A DNA stretch of 64,000 nucleotides from positions 26,723-90,722 of the forward strand of contig CALAGR010000064.1 of assembly GCA_937891735.1 (NCBI GenBank). Direction: 5' to 3'. The position numbers and the translations under genes were made by a program. Positions 1 through 7,795 of this stretch are shown here, in pieces. The stretch is from an uncultured Pseudomonadota bacterium. Lineage in GTDB: Bacteria > Myxococcota_A > UBA796 > UBA9615. Within the stretch, counting starts at the first letter, position 1; each line of letters begins with the position of its first letter. The notes beneath the pieces were generated by a model. That model saw nothing but the letters and a program-made list of their open reading frames with translations. It was not told the DNA's origin and did not search any database.

Positions 1-433
1 GACGGGCAACGTGTCCTACGACCCGGCGAACCACCAGTTCATGTGCGAGCTGCGGCGCGACAAGGTCCTGCGGATCCAGGCGGACATGGGGCCCCTGGAC
101 CTGACCGGCGAGCGCACGGGCGAGGTGCTGGCGATCGGCTGGGGCAGCACCCGCGGCGCCATCGCCACCGCGGTCGAGGCCGCGCAGGCGGAGGGCAAGA
201 AGGTCAGCCACTGCCACCTGCGGCACATCCATCCCCTGCACCCCGATCTGGGCGACCTCATCGCGGGCTTCGACAAGGTCCTGGTGCCCGAGATCAACCT
301 CGGCCAGCTGATCCAGCTGCTCCGCGCGGAGTTCCTGATCGACGCCACGGGCTACAACCGGGTCACGGGCCAGCCCCTGAGCGTGCGCGGCATCCGCGAG
401 GCCATCGACGACCTGCTGTACGGAGACCTCTGA
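1..433 (+). CDS. korA: 2-oxoacid:ferredoxin oxidoreductase alpha subunit, C-terminal fragment (5' end upstream of window)
   Basis: The frame is open to the window edge. The C-terminal 140 aa (GWGSTRGAI...VLVPEINLGQL) resemble KorA/OorA-type alpha subunits. The stop at 431-433 overlaps the ATG of the beta-subunit gene (TGATG). Confidence 0.7.
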   Translation, partial: TGNVSYDPANHQFMCELRRDKVLRIQADMGPLDLTGERTGEVLAIGWGSTRGAIATAVEAAQAEGKKVSHCHLRHIHPLHPDLGDLIAGFDKVLVPEINLGQLIQLLRAEFLIDATGYNRVTGQPLSVRGIREAIDDLLYGDL

Positions 434-1446
434 TGACCGCCCAGCCCCTCATCACGCTCGGCCGCAAGGACCTGGCCACCGATCAGGAGGTCCGCTGGTG
501 CCCCGGCTGCGGGGACTACGCGATCCTCAAGAGCGTGCAGGGCGCCCTGGCCGGCCTGGGAGTGGCCAAGGAGAACATGGTCATCATCTCGGGGATCGGC
601 TGCGCCGCGCGCTTCCCGTACTACATGGACACCTACGGGTTCCACAGCATCCACGGGCGGGCGCCGGCCTTCGCCACGGGCGCGAAGATGGCCAACCCGG
701 ATCTGTCGGTGTGGGTGGTGGGCGGCGACGGCGACATGATGTCCATCGGCGGCAACCACCTCATCCACCTGCTGCGACGCAACGTGGACCTGACCGTGCT
801 GCTGTTCAACAACCGCATCTACGGGCTGACCAAGGGCCAGTTCTCCCCCACCAGCGGGCTGGGCATCAAGACGAAGTCGAGCCCGATGGGGTCCATCGAT
901 CCGGCCTTCAACCCCCTGGCCCTGGCGCTGGGGGCTGGCGCGACGTTCGTCGGGCGCTCGGTGGACATCTGGGGCAAGCACCTCGAGGCGATGGTGACCG
1001 CGGCCCACGCGCACAAGGGCACCTCGTTCATCGAGATCCTCCAGAACTGCATCATCTTCAACAAGGACGTGCACGACGGCGCCATCGGCCGCGCCGAGAA
1101 GGCGGAGCACAGCGTGGACCTGGTGCACGGCGAGCCCCTGATCTTCGGGGAGAACCGCGACAAGGGGATCCGCCTGGACGGCTTCACGCCGCGGATCGTC
1201 AACGTGGCCGACGTGGACCCGTCCCAGCTCCTGGTGCACGACGAGACCACGGACTCGGCCGCCTACGCCCAGCTGCTGGCGAGCTTCGACATCCCGGACC
1301 TGCCGGTGGTGACGGGGATCCTGCGCAAGGTGCAGCGCCCCACCTACGAGGTGTCGATCGCCGACCAGGTCAAGCTCGCCCAGGCCGCGGGCCGTCCGAG
1401 CCTGGACGACCTCTTCAGTCAGGGCGACACCTGGACGGTGCAGTAA
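433..1446 (+). CDS. korB: 2-oxoacid:ferredoxin oxidoreductase beta subunit (TPP-binding)
   Basis: 337 aa with N-terminal CPGCGDY and the TPP-binding VVGGDGDMMSIGGNH block. It is translationally coupled to the upstream alpha subunit. The upstream part of track ORF 43..1446 is out-of-frame overlap with korA. Confidence 0.9.
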   Translation: MTAQPLITLGRKDLATDQEVRWCPGCGDYAILKSVQGALAGLGVAKENMVIISGIGCAARFPYYMDTYGFHSIHGRAPAFATGAKMANPDLSVWVVGGDGDMMSIGGNHLIHLLRRNVDLTVLLFNNRIYGLTKGQFSPTSGLGIKTKSSPMGSIDPAFNPLALALGAGATFVGRSVDIWGKHLEAMVTAAHAHKGTSFIEILQNCIIFNKDVHDGAIGRAEKAEHSVDLVHGEPLIFGENRDKGIRLDGFTPRIVNVADVDPSQLLVHDETTDSAAYAQLLASFDIPDLPVVTGILRKVQRPTYEVSIADQVKLAQAAGRPSLDDLFSQGDTWTVQ

Positions 1447-1478
1447 CCCGCGCGCAGGACTGGTTACGATGCGCGGCG

Positions 1479-3155
1479 ATGCAACCGATCCGTCTCCTCG
1501 TCTTCGTCCTCCTGCTCCTCCCCGGCCTGGCCCGCGCGGGCGACTGCCCCGACGGCAAGGTGCTCGGCTGGGACGGCGGCACCTGCTGCTGGCCCGGCCA
1601 GAACGTGGGCCCCTTCGGGTGCACCGGCACGCCGACGAGCTGCCCGTCGGGCCTGGTTCCCACCGCGGAGGGGTGCTCCCCCGGTGACTCGGCGGCGGTG
1701 AAGCGCCTGGCCTACAACCCGGCGCTGCTCGATCCACGGCTCGCTCGCGAGCAGGCCCCCGAGACGTACGCGGTGTCCTTCATGACGACGAAGGGCGAGA
1801 TCATCATCGACGTGACCCGCGCCTGGGCCCCCCTCGGCGCCGACCGCTTCTACAACCTCGTCAAGATCGGGTTCTACGACGACGTCGCGCTGTTCCGGGT
1901 GATCGACGGGTTCATGGCGCAGCTGGGCATCACCGGGGATCCGCTGCTCAACACGATCTGGCGCGAGGCCACCATCCCCGACGATCCGATCGTGCAGTCG
2001 AACCTGCCTGGCTTCGTCACCTTCGCCATGTCCGGCAAGGACTCGCGCACGACCCAGATCTTCATGAACCTGGCGGACAACCACCGCCTGGATCGCATGG
2101 GGTTTCCGCCGTTCGGCAAGCTGAGGGATCTGGCGGTCCTGAAGGCCGTCTACAACGGGTACGGCGAGGGCGCACCCGGCGGCCGGGGCCCGGACCAGGG
2201 GCGGATCCAGGACGAGGGCAACGACTATCTGCGGGCGAAGTTCCCGAAGATGGACTGGATCGTGAGCGCCCGCATCCTCGGGGAGGAGCCGCGCGAGGGG
2301 GGCATCACGGCGCGGGATGACGCGGGGCTGCAGGCGCTGAACGGCACCGAGCTGTACGTGCGCACGATGGGGCAGGGCGATCCGATCATCGTGGTGCACG
2401 GCGGACCGATGCTGGAGCACGGCTACCTGCTGCCGCACCTGTCGGCGCTGGCGGACACGCACGAGCTGATCTTCTACGACCAGCGGCTGTCGGGCCGCTC
2501 ATCGGCCGAGGTGCCGGGCGGCTCGGTGCGCATGACGGACTTCGTGGCAGACCTGGAGGCCCTGCGGGTCGCCAGCGGGCACGAGCGCGTGCACGTGATG
2601 GGCCACTCGTTCGGCGGACGCATCGCCATGGAGTACGCCCTGGCCCACCCGGTGCGGGTGCGGTCGCTGCTGCTGTTGGACGCGATGCCCCCGACGGCGG
2701 CGCTGTGGCAGGAGGAGGAGGCGGCGCTGACGATGCCCGACGGCATGCAGGCGGAGATCGGGAAGATCACCGCCTCGGAGGCCTACACGTCGGGCGACGG
2801 GGCGGCGTACACGGAGCTGATGCGGCTGGTGTTCTCGATCCAGTTCCACGACCCGAAGCTGGCCAGCGGCCTCGACTTCTACCGGGCGCCGGACCTGGAG
2901 GCGCGCGCGGAGAACTACGCCAGGCTCATGCCGGATCTGCAGGACTTCGACCTGCTGCCGCAGCTGGCGGGGCTGCAGGCGCGCACGCTGGTGCTGTACG
3001 GGGCGGACGAGCCGGCGGCCACGATCAGCGGACCACGGCTCGACGCGGCGATCCCCGACTCGACGCTGGTGATCATCCCCGAGGCGGGGCACTTCCCGAT
3101 GGTCGAGCAGCCGGCGGCGTTCCTGAAGGCCGTGCGGGCGTTCCTGGCGAAGTAG
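1479..3155 (+). CDS. secreted cyclophilin-type peptidyl-prolyl isomerase fused to an alpha/beta hydrolase (prolyl-aminopeptidase-like)
   Basis: ATG at 1479 lies within track ORF 498..3155. It has a signal peptide MQPIRLLVFVLLLLPGLARA and a Cys-rich stretch. The cyclophilin core reads FYDDVALFRVIDGFMAQLG...FVTFAMSG...TTQIFMNL. The hydrolase part follows with VVHGGPM and the nucleophile elbow GHSFGG. Confidence 0.85.
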   Translation: MQPIRLLVFVLLLLPGLARAGDCPDGKVLGWDGGTCCWPGQNVGPFGCTGTPTSCPSGLVPTAEGCSPGDSAAVKRLAYNPALLDPRLAREQAPETYAVSFMTTKGEIIIDVTRAWAPLGADRFYNLVKIGFYDDVALFRVIDGFMAQLGITGDPLLNTIWREATIPDDPIVQSNLPGFVTFAMSGKDSRTTQIFMNLADNHRLDRMGFPPFGKLRDLAVLKAVYNGYGEGAPGGRGPDQGRIQDEGNDYLRAKFPKMDWIVSARILGEEPREGGITARDDAGLQALNGTELYVRTMGQGDPIIVVHGGPMLEHGYLLPHLSALADTHELIFYDQRLSGRSSAEVPGGSVRMTDFVADLEALRVASGHERVHVMGHSFGGRIAMEYALAHPVRVRSLLLLDAMPPTAALWQEEEAALTMPDGMQAEIGKITASEAYTSGDGAAYTELMRLVFSIQFHDPKLASGLDFYRAPDLEARAENYARLMPDLQDFDLLPQLAGLQARTLVLYGADEPAATISGPRLDAAIPDSTLVIIPEAGHFPMVEQPAAFLKAVRAFLAK

Positions 3156-3178
3156 GCGCAGACGCGCGGGAGGGCTCT

Positions 3179-4297
3179 CTACCCCTCGGTCCAGCGGCTC
3201 AGCACGGCGTGGAAGTGGGCGGCGGCCTCCTCTTCGTCGTGCAGCCGCTGCATGCGCACGGCGTCGGTCCGCACCCCCTCCTGGAACGCCTTGAGGATGT
3301 GCAGATCCTCCCGCAGGATGTAGCGCGACGCCCCCCAGGTGGCCAACGCCCGCGCCAGCTCCAGGCCCCGCGCCCCCTGCCGACGACAGAACGCGTAGTG
3401 CAGCTCGCAGGTGTGCTGGTCGATGGGCCAGACCTGCATCACCGTGAGGTGGTACGGCAGCACGTTGATGAGGAAGTTGGGGAACAGCAGGTACTTGTGC
3501 AGCGTCGAGGTCTGCGCCGCGGTGTAGGGCCCGGCGCGACTGCACTTGTCGTCGAGCCACTTGCGGAACCCATAAGGCGCGATCTCCAGCGTCTGGCGCG
3601 TGTGATCGCCGTAGCTCGTCATCACCGGACCCACGTTCACGTGCCGACTGATGGTCGCCGCGTGCACGAAGGGCACATGATAGAAATCCGTTGCGTTCTC
3701 GAGCACCGCCTTCCAGTTGGTCGGCAGCTTGAACACCTTCTCCTGGATCGGCCGCATCTCCTCCAGCCGGTAGGGCGCCAGCTCTTCGGCGATGCCCCCC
3801 AGCGTGTCCCGCAGCGGCGGCGCGTTGCCCTCCACGTTGATCCACACGAAGCCCAGCAACACCTCGAGCCGCACGTTGTGCAGGTGCATCTTGCTGCAGT
3901 CGATGTGCTCGAAGCCCTCGGGTCGAGGCACCTGGTCCAGGGTGCCGTCCAGCCGGTACCGCCACCCGTGGTAGCGACAGCGGATCTCCTGCACGTTGCC
4001 GCCGCCCTCGAGGAGCTTGCTGCCGCGGTGCAGGCAGGTGTTCTGGAACGCCCGAAGCTCGCCCTGGCCGTCGCGCAGGACGATGACGGACGCGTCGAAC
4101 TGTTCGAAGCAGAAGAAGTCGCCGGCCTTGGCCACCCGCCACGCGGGGCAGGCCACCACCCAGGACCGGCGAAACACCCGCTCCTTCTCCAGCGCGAGGA
4201 AGGACGCGTCCGTGTACCGGGTGCCCGGCACGGAGCGCATCAGCCCCGGCGCGCGCAGGCGGGTCACCTTTGGATGCTCACGGAGCGGTGTCACCAT
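3179..4297 (-). CDS. Rieske [2Fe-2S] aromatic-ring-hydroxylating oxygenase alpha subunit family
   Basis: It carries the Rieske ligand motifs CLHRG and CRYHGW. The catalytic domain has NWK...E...D.YH.PF.H-type spacing (NWKAVLENATDFYHVPFVH). An alternative start is M20 at 4240. Confidence 0.85.
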   Translation of the reverse strand: MVTPLREHPKVTRLRAPGLMRSVPGTRYTDASFLALEKERVFRRSWVVACPAWRVAKAGDFFCFEQFDASVIVLRDGQGELRAFQNTCLHRGSKLLEGGGNVQEIRCRYHGWRYRLDGTLDQVPRPEGFEHIDCSKMHLHNVRLEVLLGFVWINVEGNAPPLRDTLGGIAEELAPYRLEEMRPIQEKVFKLPTNWKAVLENATDFYHVPFVHAATISRHVNVGPVMTSYGDHTRQTLEIAPYGFRKWLDDKCSRAGPYTAAQTSTLHKYLLFPNFLINVLPYHLTVMQVWPIDQHTCELHYAFCRRQGARGLELARALATWGASRYILREDLHILKAFQEGVRTDAVRMQRLHDEEEAAAHFHAVLSRWTEG

Positions 4298-4364
4298 TCC
4301 GGCAGCATAACCGGCCCGCGCCGCGCGCCGCTCCAGGGGCCCCCGGCTCCCAGCGCGCCCCCCG

Positions 4365-4859
4365 TCAGGTGGCCAGATCCCCGCCGCTGGTGCCTGCCTC
4401 GCCGGTCAGCTCCCGGATCGTGTCCGGGAGGGGCACCGCAGCGGCCAGCGCCTCGTCCGAGTCGAGCTCCAGCTCGGCGATGATCAACCCCTCCTTCGGG
4501 CCCTCGAACACGTCGATCACCCAGGTCCCCTCGGGCCGCACGAGGTCGTAGCGCCGCTTGCAGGAGGTCCGCGCGGGCAACGCGGACAGGGCGTCGTACT
4601 CGGACGCGTCGAGGTAGATGGTGGTCATCTCCCGCCAGCTGGCCGGGCCCCCCGGCACCGGCTTCTTCTGCCCGAGCTTGCGCAGGAGCACGACTCCGTC
4701 CGGGTCCTCGACTCGTCGCAGGCGCAGCCGGGTCCCGATCAGGTAGCGGTCGTGCAACCGGCGGAAGTCCGGATCCACCCCCGGGGGCAGGCGCGCGAGC
4801 TCGAAGCGCCGCTCCTTCTCGATGCGCGCGTACCTGCCGATGTTGAGTCCGAAGGCCAT
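4365..4859 (-). CDS. CYTH-domain protein (CyaB/thiamine-triphosphatase-like)
   Basis: 164 aa starting at ATG 4859, inside track ORF 4365..5372. An N-terminal ExExK/R-type signature (RIEKERRFEL) is followed by beta-rich acidic segments (IIAELELD). The upstream extension of the ORF is Arg/Pro junk. Confidence 0.7.
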   Translation of the reverse strand: MAFGLNIGRYARIEKERRFELARLPPGVDPDFRRLHDRYLIGTRLRLRRVEDPDGVVLLRKLGQKKPVPGGPASWREMTTIYLDASEYDALSALPARTSCKRRYDLVRPEGTWVIDVFEGPKEGLIIAELELDSDEALAAAVPLPDTIRELTGEAGTSGGDLAT

Positions 4860-4957
4860 TGGTAGACCTCCTACCACGGCGCCGAGTTGGCCTCGTGGGT
4901 GGACGCCGCGCTCGGTACGCTGGGACGCCCATTGGGTGCCGCAGCAGAGGAGCCGCC

Positions 4958-5608
4958 GTGAGTGAGCACGACCCGTCCGACCCACTGCTCGCCGAGCAGG
5001 TCGCCTATTACCGCGCCATCGCTGGCGAGTATGAGGATCACGCCATCCCGGGGGCCGGCGCAGCCGAGGTGATCGCCGCCCTCGATGCCTTCGGTCCGAC
5101 CGGCGACGTGCTGGAGCTCGCCTGCGGCCCGGGGATCTGGACCGAGCGATTGCTGCGCCAGGCGACCAGCCTGACCGCCGTGGACGCCTCGCCGGAGATG
5201 CTGGCCCGCGCCCGTGCCCGGGTCGGGGAGCGCGCGCGCTTCCTGCGGGCCGATCTCTTCGGCTGGACACCGGACCGGCGGTACGACGTCGTGTTCTTCG
5301 GGTTCTGGATCTCCCATGTGCCCCTGGATCGCTTCGAGGCCTTCTGGTCGATGATCGCGGCGGCGCTCGCACCCGGCGGGCGCGTGTTCTTCGTGGACGA
5401 CTCCTACCGTCCCGCCGAGGAGCTCATCGAGGGCGCGGCCTCCGCCACGGTGCAGCGCAGACTCAAGGACGGCACGCCGTTCCGCGCGGTCAAGGTCCCG
5501 CACCGCGCACCGGACCTGCAGGCTCGGCTGGGGGAGCTGGGCTGGGAGATCGCCGTCACCCAGACGGCTGGGGCCTTCTACTGGGGCGCCGGCGTACACG
5601 CCCGGTGA
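4958..5608 (+). CDS. class I SAM-dependent methyltransferase
   Basis: Motif I is VLELACGPGIW and the post-I acidic residue is AVDAS. GTG at 4958 is preceded by GAGGAG at 4947-4952. The track start at 4859 adds an Arg-rich extension. Confidence 0.8.
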   Translation: MSEHDPSDPLLAEQVAYYRAIAGEYEDHAIPGAGAAEVIAALDAFGPTGDVLELACGPGIWTERLLRQATSLTAVDASPEMLARARARVGERARFLRADLFGWTPDRRYDVVFFGFWISHVPLDRFEAFWSMIAAALAPGGRVFFVDDSYRPAEELIEGAASATVQRRLKDGTPFRAVKVPHRAPDLQARLGELGWEIAVTQTAGAFYWGAGVHAR

Positions 5609-5637
5609 CCGGCGTCGGGCACGGCGGTCCCCCTGGC

Positions 5638-5678
5638 GCGTCAACGGCGCCAGACAGGTTGTCTCCCCTCGATGACGC
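5638..5678. repeat. 41-bp composite palindrome GCGTCA-N8-AGACA-N3-TGTCT-N8-TGACGC, copy 1 (possible operator)
   Basis: Read directly: gcgtca acggcgcc agaca ggt tgtct cccctcga tgacgc. It is 37/41 identical to the reverse complement of 36502-36542, or 43/49 including flanks. Function is unknown. Confidence 0.85.
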
Positions 5679-6002
5679 AACACCTTGGCGGCCGGTGGCC
5701 CACCTGCGGCGTCGCCGGCGGCGCGTCACCGGCGCCAGACCGCGGAGCGCGACAACCCAGCACGATGTAGCGAGTCAACCGCCTACTTTGTAGTCAGACG
5801 ACTCCTGCCCACCGTCCGAGGCGCTTGTGATCCCGCCACCCCCTGGGCCGCAGTCCCCCATCGGCGACCTGTGGTCCCGCCCTGGCTCACTTGATGCACC
5901 GCATGTGCTCGTGACCGCCCGCTTGTCCTTCCGACTGCTCCTGTTCGCCACCGGCCTCGCCGCCGGCGCCCGGATCGCGGTCGCGCTGGGCGGCGGCTGA
6001 CC

Positions 6003-6257
6003 TTGGAGCCCTCGGTGTCTGACCCGCTGCACGATCCACCGCACCCCGAAGGACTCGAGTCCCTCAGGTCCGCCATCGCACACCGGCTGAGCTCCAGCTT
6101 CGCCCACTCTGGCCGGCCGGCCCTGCACGCGGCGACCCTGATCGACGACCCGGTGCCGGACCCCTGGCGCCCGACGCCCGACACCGCCCACATCCCCACC
6201 CTGACCGACTCGATGGTCGTGTCCTTGACCCACCCTGCGCTGATGGAGGCGAGCTGA
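6003..6257 (+). CDS. hypothetical small protein (84 aa, Pro/His/Ser-rich)
   Basis: There is no recognisable domain. Hand-counted codon-position GC is about 68/55/90% (pos1/2/3), which favours plus-strand coding over the antisense shadow. It has a TTG start, and its stop overlaps the next ATG (ATGA). Confidence 0.35.
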   Translation: MEPSVSDPLHDPPHPEGLESLRSAIAHRLSSSFAHSGRPALHAATLIDDPVPDPWRPTPDTAHIPTLTDSMVVSLTHPALMEAS

Positions 6258-6466
6258 TGGCCGACCACGCCCTCAAACAGACCAACGGCTGGGACCCGCT
6301 CGATCTGGGCGGCCCCCGCGCCACCCGTCGCCGCGACCTCGACTCCGGGAGCGGGATCCTGCGGGACACGGACACGCGCCCGGAGATCCGGCCCGTCACG
6401 CGGCCCACGAGCCGAGCGGCCGCGCCCCAGCACCCCCCGAGCGACGCCCCCTGGGACCAGCGCTAG
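6257..6466 (+). CDS. hypothetical small protein (69 aa, likely disordered)
   Basis: Hand-counted codon-position GC is about 75/62/94%. Its ATG overlaps the stop of the preceding small ORF. No domain is recognisable. Confidence 0.35.
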   Translation: MADHALKQTNGWDPLDLGGPRATRRRDLDSGSGILRDTDTRPEIRPVTRPTSRAAAPQHPPSDAPWDQR

Positions 6467-7665
6467 AGCGCCTGGCAGCCGCAGCCGCACTGGTTGGCGA
6501 AGTACGTCTCCTCCGCCCCGCACACGAAGCGCAGCACCTGGCACTGCGCTGGGCTGGTGCTGACGTAGGTGAAGTCGGGGTCGTTGACGGCGCCGCAGGC
6601 GTTCCAGCCGCAGCTGTACTCCTCGCAGCCGAAGAAGCCCGGCACCTGGGGGTGCATGACGTTGGCGCAGTCCGCCGCCGCGCTGGAGTCGCTCTCGCAC
6701 CACAGCTCGGTGTGGCAGGAGCCCGCCGGGTCCGAGACCCAGGTCTGCACGGCCTTGCACCACAGCCCCGGGTCGCACGACAGCGTCGCGATGCCCAGGC
6801 ACGTGTCCCCGGCCCCCTCGCCCCAGCTGTAGGTCACCTCGGCGTCGCCCGCCTCGTAGCCGAACGCCTTCATCACCAGGGGCCGGCTGACGGCGCCGGT
6901 GATCTCGATGCTCTCGTGGCCCCAGTTGCCGCCGATCCCGTTGTAGCCGGACCAGGTGATCGTCATGCCGCGGTACAGCGTGGACTGCGCCCCGGCGCCG
7001 TTCAGGATCCCGTTGGGCCAGGACACGATCTCCGTGCCGTCCAGCCCGTCGATCAGCTGCACGTCCACGTCGCGCCCCTGGCCGGCCTGCAGCTCGATGG
7101 CGACGTTCACCATGCTCTGGGGGATCTCGCCGACCACCACCACGTCGTTCAGGGGCACGTACTGGGAGAACGAGCCGTCGCCGATCTCGTAGCAGGTGGG
7201 CACCGCGTCGAACGAGTAGCTGACGGCGGAGTCGCCGGCCTGGTAGCCGTACACCTTGAGCTGCACGTCCCGGTTGCTGTCGCCGTTGACGCGGATCCAC
7301 TCGTTGCCGAACGTGCCCGCCGTCTGACCGCCGTTGTAGCCGGACCAGCAGTAGGTCACGCCCTCCCAGGTGGTGCAGTCCTCGGTGGAGCCGTTGAGCA
7401 GCCCGTTGGGCCACGCGATGATCTGGGTGCCCGTGGCCACGTCGATCAGCTGGATGTCCACGTCCTCCTGGGACACCAGGGACACCTCCACGGACCGCTT
7501 GCCGGCCGGGATCACGCCCACCTCCAGCGTCTGGTACTGGGGCACGAACTCGGTGAACGTGCCCGCACCAGACGAACAGTCACCGCCCCACTCGAACCCC
7601 GCGTGGGCCGCCGACGGCAGGACGAGCAGGGAACACAGGGCGATCAGGGGGCTGGAGCGGAGCAT
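6463..7665 (-). CDS. secreted protein with two tandem copies of a ~120-aa domain plus a Cys-rich C-terminal module
   Basis: The signal peptide is MLRSSPLIALCSLLVLPSAAHA. An internal duplication shares DVD.QLID...GT.I..WPNG.LNG...WSGYNG...GY.AGD..V.YS. The last ~110 aa contain 14 Cys. Confidence 0.85.
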   Translation of the reverse strand: MLRSSPLIALCSLLVLPSAAHAGFEWGGDCSSGAGTFTEFVPQYQTLEVGVIPAGKRSVEVSLVSQEDVDIQLIDVATGTQIIAWPNGLLNGSTEDCTTWEGVTYCWSGYNGGQTAGTFGNEWIRVNGDSNRDVQLKVYGYQAGDSAVSYSFDAVPTCYEIGDGSFSQYVPLNDVVVVGEIPQSMVNVAIELQAGQGRDVDVQLIDGLDGTEIVSWPNGILNGAGAQSTLYRGMTITWSGYNGIGGNWGHESIEITGAVSRPLVMKAFGYEAGDAEVTYSWGEGAGDTCLGIATLSCDPGLWCKAVQTWVSDPAGSCHTELWCESDSSAAADCANVMHPQVPGFFGCEEYSCGWNACGAVNDPDFTYVSTSPAQCQVLRFVCGAEETYFANQCGCGCQAL

Positions 7666-7795
7666 GGCGAGGACCTCGAAAATCGCCTCGGATCGGGACT
7701 TTCCGACCGCGAGGGGCAGGGCTTCTAGGTGAGCCCCCCCGGGAGGTCAACCTTCCTGCGCTACCATCCGCCGCTCCGAACGAAAGGGACCCGCC

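Noticed and set aside
498-1478. The N-terminal 327 codons of track ORF 498..3155.
   Set aside because: This stretch overlaps korB out of frame and is Arg/Gly/Pro-rich. The real gene starts at ATG 1479, just after the korB stop, and has a clean signal peptide.
5638-5678. The palindrome as a LexA/SOS box, a riboswitch or a Rho-independent terminator.
   Set aside because: It does not match the LexA consensus forms I know (CTGT-N8-ACAG, the Myxococcus-type CTRHAMRYBYGTTCAGS, or GGTT-type). The 8-nt spacers neither pair nor covary, so a long RNA stem is unlikely. No U-tract follows. Copy 2 sits upstream of two genes, not downstream.
5685-5894. The 69-aa plus-strand ORF immediately after palindrome copy 1. 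The minus-strand ORFs 5775..6233 and 6064..6408 belong with it.
   Set aside because: Hand-counted GC3 of 5685..5894 is only ~65%, far below real genes here (about 90% or more). The minus-strand ORFs are Arg/Gly-rich, and their codon-position GC pattern (GC2 above GC1) is the reverse of a coding frame.
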